Part shown: piece after piece, positions 19,051 through 27,313 of the stretch
Layout: every line of letters starts with the position of its first letter
Position numbering within the stretch: the stretch's first letter is position 1
Virus record (IMG/VR): IMGVR_UViG_3300017700_000824
Location: 1 to 59,824 of that record
From: a virus
Taxonomy: Duplodnaviria > Caudoviricetes
Reading direction: 5' to 3' (one strand)
Length of the DNA stretch: 59,824 bases
Program-made: the position numbers and the translations under genes
Notes under the pieces: model-generated
What the model saw: only the letters and a program-made list of their open reading frames with translations
Told to the model about the DNA's origin: nothing
Database searches by the model: none

Positions 19051-19706
19051 AAATCAAAGTTTTTGGTTTTTCTTGTTTGATAGAGTAATCTATCATGTGC
19101 TTCATTATTGGCATTTAATGAATGAATTACGTCTCTTGCACCATAACCCCAATCAGGGTGTTCGTGTTGAATTATAACTTCGTTAAAATACGTTTGCTTT
19201 CCTAATATATTAGCGATATCCATAAATTCATTATCACACCACACAGAAATATATTCTGGGTTGTAAATATATCCAAATCTATCGTAATATTTCTTACCCA
19301 TGATAGACAACGTATTTAATTTATCACCTTGATATCCGTCATTAAACCAAAGAACACCATCAGTGTCTGGGTAATGTTTTTCCATCATATTTTTAATTAT
19401 AGTGTCATACCCTTTAATCTTTGGTATCATATCATCCGATGCTAATAATACAATGTCAAATTCTATGTTTTCTAAATTAGCGTTGATAGCGTTAATCTTA
19501 GATGTGTTGTTACCATAGTATAGTTGTACATTTGGGTATGTTGCTATTAATTCTTTAACGTAATCTTCATTCATACTAGCATCATCAATGTCACAAGACA
19601 CAATTATTTGTGTTGTTTTATCATCTAACAAACTAATGTATTTCTCTAACACATTAAAAAATTTGTTTGGTCTATTTCTAGTTGGAAATTTAATTAACAA
19701 TTTCAT
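19047..19706 (-). CDS. Glycosyltransferase family 2-like
   Basis: FPTRNRP, LASDDM, FGYIYNPEY, WCDNE, HEHP. Confidence 0.75.
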   Translation of the reverse strand: MKLLIKFPTRNRPNKFFNVLEKYISLLDDKTTQIIVSCDIDDASMNEDYVKELIATYPNVQLYYGNNTSKINAINANLENIEFDIVLLASDDMIPKIKGYDTIIKNMMEKHYPDTDGVLWFNDGYQGDKLNTLSIMGKKYYDRFGYIYNPEYISVWCDNEFMDIANILGKQTYFNEVIIQHEHPDWGYGARDVIHSLNANNEAHDRLLYQTRKTKNFDL

Positions 19707-20641
19707 TTTTTTTCTCTATTTTTATATTTTTCTTCTAATTCTTGTGACCTATATTTTTCAATGATATAAACACCGTCAATAGTTACTTCAGCTAAAAATT
19801 TTATCACATAAAAACCATCAAATTCAACTATTTTATCGAAAGAATTAATTTTAAATTCGTACTCTAATAAATCTTTCTTACCAATAGTTTTATTTGTGAT
19901 GAATGTGACGTTAGATATATCTAACATGTTAGATGTAATTGGATTGGCAATTGTTTTTTTTAATTCAGATATAAAAAACTTACCATTTCTATCATCACTC
20001 GATGTATATTTATTAATATAAAATTCTAACAATTTATTCTGCCCATCAATGTTTCTAACATTCATTTTTGTTGTGTAGTTTTCGATATGGAATTTGGAAA
20101 AATTATTTCTATTAACAATTATTGGTCTTTCATTTTTAAATTGTTGTTCATAATCACTAAGTTTTATTTCACCTAATGTTTTAACCACATCACCATCTTT
20201 ATCTATAACAGAAATAACTTCTGTTGCTTCTTCAATGTTTTCATTACCTATTATGTCTTTAATATCATTAGTTATCCTATCATTTTTAACAACCATTTCT
20301 AGTTTATATGAATCGTATTCGTCAACTTTGATATCATCTGGCGATATACCATTATCAATAGTTTCTAAAATAGGGTTACCATTAGCATCATAACCAGTGA
20401 TTTTAGTCGTTCTTTTTTCTGAATGACCTAAAATTTTATATGTTCGCCATAATAATCTTTCAACTTCTTCAGTACGCTCTCCATGTACCAAGGCATCAGC
20501 AAGTGTTCCTTTAGTATGTCTTGTTTCTTGGTTCATACCAACGTTTAATCCTTGACTTGTATCTTGATTAAGAATATTCTTTTCAACATTAGCTAATGCT
20601 AATGAAATATTAACCATTTTCTTTTTAAACCAATTTGCCAT
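19703..20641 (-). CDS. Hypothetical protein
   Basis: Long ORF. Start moved to the ATG at 20641 (MANWFKK), just after the upstream stop. Confidence 0.65.
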   Translation of the reverse strand: MANWFKKKMVNISLALANVEKNILNQDTSQGLNVGMNQETRHTKGTLADALVHGERTEEVERLLWRTYKILGHSEKRTTKITGYDANGNPILETIDNGISPDDIKVDEYDSYKLEMVVKNDRITNDIKDIIGNENIEEATEVISVIDKDGDVVKTLGEIKLSDYEQQFKNERPIIVNRNNFSKFHIENYTTKMNVRNIDGQNKLLEFYINKYTSSDDRNGKFFISELKKTIANPITSNMLDISNVTFITNKTIGKKDLLEYEFKINSFDKIVEFDGFYVIKFLAEVTIDGVYIIEKYRSQELEEKYKNREKK

Positions 20642-20642
20642 T

Positions 20643-22295
20643 TTAATCAAGTATTTTTTTATATTCATCAATTATTTTTTTTGCCACTATTTCACTATTG
20701 AATTTTTCTAAATCCTCTGGTACATCATGTAGTTTTTTTGATAAGATATAACCAGTTGAATCAACATCGTATATCCAACCTTTTTTACCACATAACCAAC
20801 CCTCAATGGTGGTTCTACCTAGTAATATACCAGCTGTTATATCACACTGATTAATATACTCGGCAACATTAGCTGTCGGTGGTATATATGTAACATGGTC
20901 TTCTAACCCTAAATCAGCTTCTTTAACGCCATTATATTTACCTAACAACCAAAGTTCTTGGTTATTTGCTTTGGTCGTTTTAATCAAGTCTTTAATCGTT
21001 TCTAACCTTAAATAATCAATTGTTCCAACAAATAAAATTCGTTCTTTGATGGATTTAACTTTATTGATGGTAGGTTTAAACTTTGATGTGTCAATTGGAT
21101 TATAAACTACTTCAATATTATTTTCATCAATACCAAATCTATTAATCAAATAATCTTTTATCTCAGGTCTAATTGCTATGTATTTTTTTATCTGAGTATC
21201 AATAACTGGTTCTTCTAGATTAATTACTTCAGAATGTATTGATGAGATAATTGGTGTATCAGGATATAACCTTAAAATGTGTTCAGTAACTGGTTTGTGA
21301 TTACAATGAATAACATCAAAATTTACTGGTTTTAGTTGATATAAATTATTAGGTATTGACGTGACTTCTTCATTACCATTCATCAATTTCCATTTACCAT
21401 CACCTAATTTAAAACCTGGAGGTTCTTGAAGAGAGAATAGTTTTATACCTAATTTCTTAGCTTCAATTGTTAGTGGACCACCTAACGTAGAACAAATACT
21501 TACTTCGCAATTTTGTTTGATTAGTTGTTTAGCTAATTCAAAGACGTATAGTTCAGAACCAGTATAGTTAGCGAAACTTAAACAAGAAATCAAAACTTTT
21601 AGTTTCTGTCCAGAAGCAATTGTTTTTTTTATGTTAACTGGTAGATTATCTTTATGTTTTTCACTAAATAATAATCTATTGGTTTCCCAATCTTCATTAG
21701 TTATACCAATTGATTTATGGTTTATTCGAATTGTAGTTATTACACCTATCTTAGCACCTTGTAAATAATTGTCAAAACAAAAAGTAACATCATAAAAATG
21801 AAACCCTTTAACCTTCTCGTCAAAATTTGTTTTTAATTTTGTTTTATCAACCGCAAAAAACACCCCATCAACAATTACAGCATCTTCAACCTGTTGACCT
21901 AAATCATCTGAATATGTTGATAGCCAAGATTTGCCTTCATGTGTGTGTTTAACTCTACCATACATTTTTTTAGGGTTTTCCCACCATCTACCATTAGAAG
22001 GTAGGTATTTACTACCAGCAACACCTAAGATAGAATAATTTGGGTTATTAGCAAACATTTTTAAAAGCTTACTACCCCATTGTTTTGTTTCAATTGTTAT
22101 ATCATTATGACAAAATACTACATTGTCATAAATTGATTCAGATAGAATTTGATTGTAGCATTCAGTCAATGACCTATCGCCAGTATTAACTATTTCAATT
22201 ATTTGAATCCTTTTTGGGTCTAACCCACATGATTTTATTAAATGTTTAGAATGGTTTATATCCGATTCTTTAGTGCAATAGCCTATTGTTATCAT
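20643..22295 (-). CDS. Bifunctional glycosyltransferase: GT-A (GT2-like) plus GT-B (GT4-like)
   Basis: N-terminal YNQIL...VFCHND...GVAG...VDGVF...FHFYDV. C-terminal TGSELYVFELAKQL, VVYNPID, LFVGT, GRTTIEG. Confidence 0.85.
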   Translation of the reverse strand: MITIGYCTKESDINHSKHLIKSCGLDPKRIQIIEIVNTGDRSLTECYNQILSESIYDNVVFCHNDITIETKQWGSKLLKMFANNPNYSILGVAGSKYLPSNGRWWENPKKMYGRVKHTHEGKSWLSTYSDDLGQQVEDAVIVDGVFFAVDKTKLKTNFDEKVKGFHFYDVTFCFDNYLQGAKIGVITTIRINHKSIGITNEDWETNRLLFSEKHKDNLPVNIKKTIASGQKLKVLISCLSFANYTGSELYVFELAKQLIKQNCEVSICSTLGGPLTIEAKKLGIKLFSLQEPPGFKLGDGKWKLMNGNEEVTSIPNNLYQLKPVNFDVIHCNHKPVTEHILRLYPDTPIISSIHSEVINLEEPVIDTQIKKYIAIRPEIKDYLINRFGIDENNIEVVYNPIDTSKFKPTINKVKSIKERILFVGTIDYLRLETIKDLIKTTKANNQELWLLGKYNGVKEADLGLEDHVTYIPPTANVAEYINQCDITAGILLGRTTIEGWLCGKKGWIYDVDSTGYILSKKLHDVPEDLEKFNSEIVAKKIIDEYKKILD

Positions 22296-22345
22296 ATTTT
22301 AATTTATTATGTTTAAAAGTACTAAAAATTTTACAAAAAGTAAAC

Positions 22346-22373
22346 AAAAAAACCCCACTAATTAGTGAGGTTT
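22346..22373 (-). terminator. Rho-independent terminator closing the DIP1984-like gene plus ncRNA unit
   Basis: Minus strand reads AAACCTCACTAATTAGTGGGGTTTTTTT (hairpin followed by a U tract). Confidence 0.75.
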
Positions 22374-22375
22374 AA

Positions 22376-22622
22376 ATGTTCCCTTAACTTTTCCAATATT
22401 ATAGACCTTGTTACATACTAATGAGAATCGAACTCATTTTTAATACAATTTTTCATTTTTACTTATTTACTATTTACAGTTTGCGTTTTAGCGTCAACTT
22501 TTTTGAATAAAAATGTATTTTCGATTTTTTTCTAAAAATCGAAGAAACCTATTAAATGATTCGGCATTTACACCTATCAACACAAAGGGTGTTGAACCTT
22601 TTGTACTAGGTTAAAGGAATGT
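22376..22622 (-). ncRNA. Putative structured non-coding RNA (~245 nt) downstream of the DIP1984-like gene
   Basis: Largest intergenic gap in the window. 5' UUCCUUUAAC pairs with 3' GUUAAGGGAA; at least four internal hairpins, including AAUGAG-UUCGAUU-CUCAUU; A-rich repeated loop; terminator follows. Confidence 0.6.
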
Positions 22623-22624
22623 CG

Positions 22625-23149
22625 TTAAATAGTTAGATTTTCAACATCATTAAAATTGAATGATACCTCTATATCCTCTTGGTTTAATCTCTCAATTTGT
22701 GATTGGTACAACCTGATTTTGTCTTTACAAGACGATATTTTATCTTTAAACTCTGTAGAAGAGTTATAGGGTTTATATTCAATAGAAATAGATTTTCTAA
22801 TTGAGTTAAGATTTTCAAATCTATTAGTTTTTGATGGTTTTGTCTTACCTAAATTATTGGTGTAAACGCTTAACATTAATTTTTCGTTTTGAAGCTTACG
22901 CACAATTGAATCAATTGCTGTAACTTTGTTAAAAGCTGACAAAGTATTATTTATTTCTTCAGAAATAGCTAACCCTTTCAACAATGTTTCTTCAATGTCG
23001 TTGAATTTTTCTCTGTCTTGAGATACAATCTCACCATCCTCTGTCATTTCACCAAAAGAAGCATTATTGATGGCGTATTGTAATGTTTTAATAGCGTTAG
23101 CTATTTCGTTTTTTAAGCGTAAAGCTTCAGTAACAGTAATTTTTGTCAT
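22625..23149 (-). CDS. DIP1984/DUF6847-like coiled-coil protein
   Basis: TVTEALRLKNEI N-terminus, LSAFNKVT mid-motif and KIRLYQSQIERLN...IEV C-terminus match the family pattern by eye. Confidence 0.55.
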   Translation of the reverse strand: MTKITVTEALRLKNEIANAIKTLQYAINNASFGEMTEDGEIVSQDREKFNDIEETLLKGLAISEEINNTLSAFNKVTAIDSIVRKLQNEKLMLSVYTNNLGKTKPSKTNRFENLNSIRKSISIEYKPYNSSTEFKDKISSCKDKIRLYQSQIERLNQEDIEVSFNFNDVENLTI

Positions 23150-23163
23150 ATATTTTTAATTAT

Positions 23164-23739
23164 TTATTTAACACCAGTTGAACCAAACCCACCACTTGAG
23201 CGGTCTGTCGTTGATAACTCATCCTTTTTAATTAAGTTTGCAATATTTTTAGCCACTACAGGTGCTATAACACCTTGCGCTATTCTATCACCATGATTGA
23301 TAGTAAACGGTACATCACCATGGTTAATCAAAAGAACACCTATCTCACCTCTATAATCAGCATCAATAGTACCAACACCGTTTAACACTACTACACCATT
23401 TTTATAAGCAAGACCACTACGACTCCTAACTTGCATTTCTAAACTCTCAGGAATTTCAAAATATAAACCAGTTGGTACCAATATACGTTTACCTACTTCA
23501 AGAACAATTATTGATGATGGTAGATTAGCTCGTAAATCAAATCCAGATGAACCAGCTGTCGCATATTCAGGGTCTTGGTTGGTAGATTTATTAACAAAAT
23601 TAACCTCCATTTTATAATACTCTATCGTATCAGTAGAACCCATATTAAATTCGTTATTAAATGCTTCTTGTGTATAACCACTTTCTGGGTCATTAAGCAT
23701 AGCTATTTTAGCTTTCATATCTTCAAAATTATTCTGCAT
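23164..23739 (-). CDS. dut: Trimeric dUTPase with an N-terminal extension
   Basis: SGFDL, RSRSG, GTIDADYRGE, DRIAQ and RSSGGFGSTG (motifs I-V). Confidence 0.95.
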   Translation of the reverse strand: MQNNFEDMKAKIAMLNDPESGYTQEAFNNEFNMGSTDTIEYYKMEVNFVNKSTNQDPEYATAGSSGFDLRANLPSSIIVLEVGKRILVPTGLYFEIPESLEMQVRSRSGLAYKNGVVVLNGVGTIDADYRGEIGVLLINHGDVPFTINHGDRIAQGVIAPVVAKNIANLIKKDELSTTDRSSGGFGSTGVK

Positions 23740-24304
23740 CTATTTCTATTTTTTGTGAATGTTTTATTGCTAAGACGATACCAAATTTAAGTAATTCACC
23801 TAACATGGTGTTATGGCGTTCAGACATTTTATCATCTGTTTTGTCAAAAAACATAATTGCTGAATATTCTTCTTCGGTAAAATTAATACCGTGTGATAAT
23901 GCGTAATAAAGACTACGTTCACTAACACGCATGGATACTAGGTCTTCGGTGAACTCATACATTTTACCTTGGTTCTTACGATGCCATTCAGACGTACAAG
24001 GTGTGTACAACTTAGCTTTACCGATACCATGTAATAAACATACCTTTAACAAAGATGTTTGATTAACTTGCTCGTCTTCTGGAAGGGTCTCATTAATACG
24101 AATCGCATATTTTGCAACTCTTAAAGAATGGTCAATTAAACCACCTTCAAATGCGTTATGATAACTAGCCATGTTTGTGGCTGGGGCTTTAATGAAGTCT
24201 TCTCCTAGGAAGGACATAAGTTCATCATTCATGAAGCCATTTTTAGTTGCAGTTTCAAAATATTTTTTTGTGTTTGCAACAATTTTAGATTTGTCTATAG
24301 ACAT
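23729..24304 (-). CDS. HD-domain-like protein (YhaM/Cbf1-type) with HD changed to HG
   Basis: APA...HNAFEGGLIDHSLRV...CLLHGIGK. Confidence 0.7.
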   Translation of the reverse strand: MSIDKSKIVANTKKYFETATKNGFMNDELMSFLGEDFIKAPATNMASYHNAFEGGLIDHSLRVAKYAIRINETLPEDEQVNQTSLLKVCLLHGIGKAKLYTPCTSEWHRKNQGKMYEFTEDLVSMRVSERSLYYALSHGINFTEEEYSAIMFFDKTDDKMSERHNTMLGELLKFGIVLAIKHSQKIEIDAE

Positions 24305-24338
24305 TTAACTACTAAATTAAAAGAAATGTTATTTTATG

Positions 24339-24373
24339 CAAATATACTACATTTCTTTTAAACTAGCAAGTAA
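24339..24373 (-). promoter_or_regulatory. Bacteroidota-type promoter (TTG-N20-TAnnTTTG); the -7 box is flanked by a 12-bp inverted repeat
   Basis: Minus strand TTACTTG-N20-TATATTTG. Inverted repeat TAAAAGAAATGT (24318-24329) / ACATTTCTTTTA (24349-24360). Confidence 0.65.
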
Positions 24374-24374
24374 A

Positions 24375-24896
24375 TTATCTAGATATTCTTGTTATATTAA
24401 TTGGTGTGAACCTGAACGTCCCGTTTAATAAAGCCTCATCTCTTTTTAGTTTATTAAATCCTTTATTTTTATCATTTAAAATTAATTCGTTAAGTGTTTC
24501 TGAATTTAGTAAACGATTTTCATTATGCATATCAACAATTTCTGGGTCAAAGTTAAAAGGTGCCGAGGTAATTCCAAATTCTTTACCTTTAACAATATTT
24601 TCTCTACCAATTTTAGATTGTTCATTATGATAAACAATTTTATCATAATAGAACGTGTTAGGGTTAGGGTTAAACATAAGTTTTTTCACCCTATCTATTT
24701 CTGTTTTATGATTCATTTCAAATTTATCTTTCTGAATTTCAAAATAAATTTGTTTTTGTGTCTCAATTTCTTTTAAACGAAGCGATTCTGCTTTTTCTTT
24801 TCTCTTTTTTTGAATCGGTTTCGTAATTAAGTTAGAGTAAAAAGTCTTTATTTTACTAATTATTAAATTAGATAGATTGTTTATGTAATTTTTCAT
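24375..24896 (-). CDS. Hypothetical protein
   Basis: 173-aa basic ORF in the operon. Confidence 0.55.
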   Translation of the reverse strand: MKNYINNLSNLIISKIKTFYSNLITKPIQKKRKEKAESLRLKEIETQKQIYFEIQKDKFEMNHKTEIDRVKKLMFNPNPNTFYYDKIVYHNEQSKIGRENIVKGKEFGITSAPFNFDPEIVDMHNENRLLNSETLNELILNDKNKGFNKLKRDEALLNGTFRFTPINITRISR

Positions 24897-24898
24897 TT

Positions 24899-26167
24899 TT
24901 AGTTTGTTAAATTAACGTTATTCAACATCATTTCAGGATGATGTTTTGTATATATACTAGTATAAATATCTCTTCTTTTTTCACTAACTGTGTTAATAGA
25001 ATATGTATCTTTAACACTTTCATGTAAATTATCTTGAAGAGTTTTAACCATTTCTGGATTGTTGATTAGTTTCTTAATTGCTTCATACCAATCTTTATGG
25101 TTTTTCTTAGTGTCAATTAGTATTGCATTAGCATTCATATCAAATCCACCACCAAATTGAACTGCGTTGTTTAAATCAATTTGATAAGGACCAAAATTTT
25201 GAGCGATAATAGCTTTATGGTGAAACCCAGCTTCAATTACCTTCAATTGACTTTTAACCTTATTAAAAGTATTTTCTTCAAGAGGTGCTAATGATACATC
25301 AAATAAATTATAGTTAGTTGCATAGCTTGAAATATGCTTGGTCCATACTCTACGGTAAGGTTCGTTTGCCACATTAGCAAACTCTTCTTGTTTAAAGCTT
25401 AATAAAAAATCTTTATATTCTGGGCTAACCGTTTTGTAATCATCAGTGAAGATTCTTTCATATTGATACCACACACTTTCTTTTGGTTTGATGGCTCTAA
25501 CTGTTCTTTCGTTTGTAATTGGGTCGATTTCAGTGTGATTACCTCTCAAATCAAAACCACATAATACAAATTGTAATTTATCTAACAATCCAGTAGCACT
25601 TAACTTATTTACAAGACCTTTAAGTATTTCTAAATCTTTTAAATGACTACTACCACCTAACCAACCAATTCTTAGTTTATTTGATGGTTCAGGGTTTGAT
25701 ATGAATTGTGATTCAGTAGGGTCAATAGCATTTGGTATTACAAATACGTTTTTATTAAACTTAGAAATTTCAGCAGCAAAAACATCAGTAGTAGTTGTTA
25801 CGTATTGTGCTAATTTAATATTATTTTCAACATGTTTATCTAAGTTAGCATTTTTAATCAAAAGATATGCTGGGTGATGATTTCCTGGTGCCCAATAATC
25901 ATCAATATCCATGATAGAAATAATCCCTAAAGCTTTTAACCTTTGGTTTAATTCTGCCATTTGTTCATATGGACCTAGGGCTCTATGATAATGAATGATG
26001 TCGTATTGTTTTAACCAGTTATCATCATGCAATTGTGGCTCATAATCAATATGAATCATGAACTCATCTGAATAATTATTTTCTAATGTTAAATGTGGGT
26101 TAATTGAGCGGTATGCACCTACTCCAGTCCTATCAGAAGGAACGACTAAAACGTTTATTTTTTTCAT
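24899..26167 (-). CDS. Glycosyltransferase, GT-B fold (GT4-like)
   Basis: TGVGAYRSINPH, MDIDDYW, VIPNAID, RIGWLGGSSHLKDL, DVSLAPLEENTFNKVKSQLKVIEAG. Confidence 0.85.
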   Translation of the reverse strand: MKKINVLVVPSDRTGVGAYRSINPHLTLENNYSDEFMIHIDYEPQLHDDNWLKQYDIIHYHRALGPYEQMAELNQRLKALGIISIMDIDDYWAPGNHHPAYLLIKNANLDKHVENNIKLAQYVTTTTDVFAAEISKFNKNVFVIPNAIDPTESQFISNPEPSNKLRIGWLGGSSHLKDLEILKGLVNKLSATGLLDKLQFVLCGFDLRGNHTEIDPITNERTVRAIKPKESVWYQYERIFTDDYKTVSPEYKDFLLSFKQEEFANVANEPYRRVWTKHISSYATNYNLFDVSLAPLEENTFNKVKSQLKVIEAGFHHKAIIAQNFGPYQIDLNNAVQFGGGFDMNANAILIDTKKNHKDWYEAIKKLINNPEMVKTLQDNLHESVKDTYSINTVSEKRRDIYTSIYTKHHPEMMLNNVNLTN

Positions 26168-26227
26168 ATTGTGTTAAAACTTTTTTATAATGTACTAATA
26201 TAAGTAGATTAAAACTATTGTAAATAA

Positions 26228-26250
26228 AAAAAGGCTATAATAGCCTTTTT
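26228..26250. terminator. Intrinsic terminator hairpin (potentially bidirectional)
   Basis: AAAAAGGCTA-TAA-TAGCCTTTTT just downstream of the 26257 stop. Confidence 0.75.
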
Positions 26251-26256
26251 ATTTAA

Positions 26257-26865
26257 TTATTTCTTTTTGATTGCTATTTTACCTTCATCAATTAGCCTAA
26301 TGGTTTTTTTAATTGTTTGTTCAGTAATAGTTTTAGTAAACATTTGAGCTAAGACAGCATTAACCTTATTTTCAATCATTTCATTAAGTGTATCTTTATC
26401 AATAGTTATTAAATTACTATTAGGAACATAAGTGTTATGTTCTAACCCTTCATGTATTGGAACACCTGGACTTTTAAACTTAGGTTTATCAACTAAATCC
26501 TTAACATCATCAAGACTAAAATTAGATGATGACATCGACATTTTAGGGATTGGTTTCTTAAGCATAGCTTCTTTAATTATTGCTGGTAAATTAGAATTCA
26601 TTATGTCTTCAGCCGTATAATCTCTTTGTTTCGTTTGACTAGAATATTGAGACATGTCAGGTGTTTCGTATTGAATTTCTTTTTCATCTGCTTCATTATA
26701 GTTATGAGCATTGGTATTCTGTGAATTAGAATACCCTTCCGATATATGCTGACTTTGTTTTTTTGGTGAAAACTTTTCATCAGTCGCTTTCATTACTTTT
26801 TTAGCGTTACCTAAGATAGCTTTTAACTTATCTAAAGGTACTGGTGGTGGTGTTGTTAAATCCAT
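26257..26865 (-). CDS. Hypothetical protein
   Basis: 202-aa ORF; no function recognised. Confidence 0.65.
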   Translation of the reverse strand: MDLTTPPPVPLDKLKAILGNAKKVMKATDEKFSPKKQSQHISEGYSNSQNTNAHNYNEADEKEIQYETPDMSQYSSQTKQRDYTAEDIMNSNLPAIIKEAMLKKPIPKMSMSSSNFSLDDVKDLVDKPKFKSPGVPIHEGLEHNTYVPNSNLITIDKDTLNEMIENKVNAVLAQMFTKTITEQTIKKTIRLIDEGKIAIKKK

Positions 26866-26868
26866 ATT

Positions 26869-27309
26869 TTATTTTGATTGTATTGGGTTTATGTTTACTT
26901 TATGATTCACACTAGCCATTGTTCTATCGCCATTGCTATTATACTTAGGTATACTTGAGTCAAGGTCTGAAATAGGTTTAGCCCATTTAACCTTTGTTGG
27001 GAACCAACCCTCAATTCTATCAAGTCTAAAGATTTTCCAAAAACCATTTTTATTTCCTTGTTTTGACCCTCCAAAAATTTGAAAAGCTCTTATTGCATCA
27101 TTTCCACCCTTAGTCGTTGATAGATTATAAACTTGAATGTATCTTTTACTAGGAGCTTGGTCTTTATCATCTCTATATAAAATATTAACGTTATATTTAC
27201 CATCTATCGCTGCTTTTACATCATCAGGGGACACACCCTCTGTTAAGAGATTACGATTATTCGCAATTTCTTCTAATATAAGTTGTTCGAATAAATTGTA
27301 AAGTTTCAT
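26869..27309 (-). CDS. Stand-alone WYL-domain-like protein
   Basis: VNILYRD...KRYIQVYNL...AIRAFQ...WKIFRLDRI matches the WYL (SH3-like) pattern. Confidence 0.65.
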   Translation of the reverse strand: MKLYNLFEQLILEEIANNRNLLTEGVSPDDVKAAIDGKYNVNILYRDDKDQAPSKRYIQVYNLSTTKGGNDAIRAFQIFGGSKQGNKNGFWKIFRLDRIEGWFPTKVKWAKPISDLDSSIPKYNSNGDRTMASVNHKVNINPIQSK

Positions 27310-27313
27310 TAGA

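Noticed and set aside
8714-22295. Bacterial capsule/O-antigen locus (host contamination or chimera)
   Set aside because: No wzx/wzy/ABC export or initiating transferase genes; continuous gene packing and shared promoter motifs with the flanking phage genes.
22400-22470. tRNA gene suggested by the GAGTTCGATTCTC T-arm
   Set aside because: No matching acceptor stem, D-arm or anticodon arm at the expected spacing; treated as part of a larger RNA instead.
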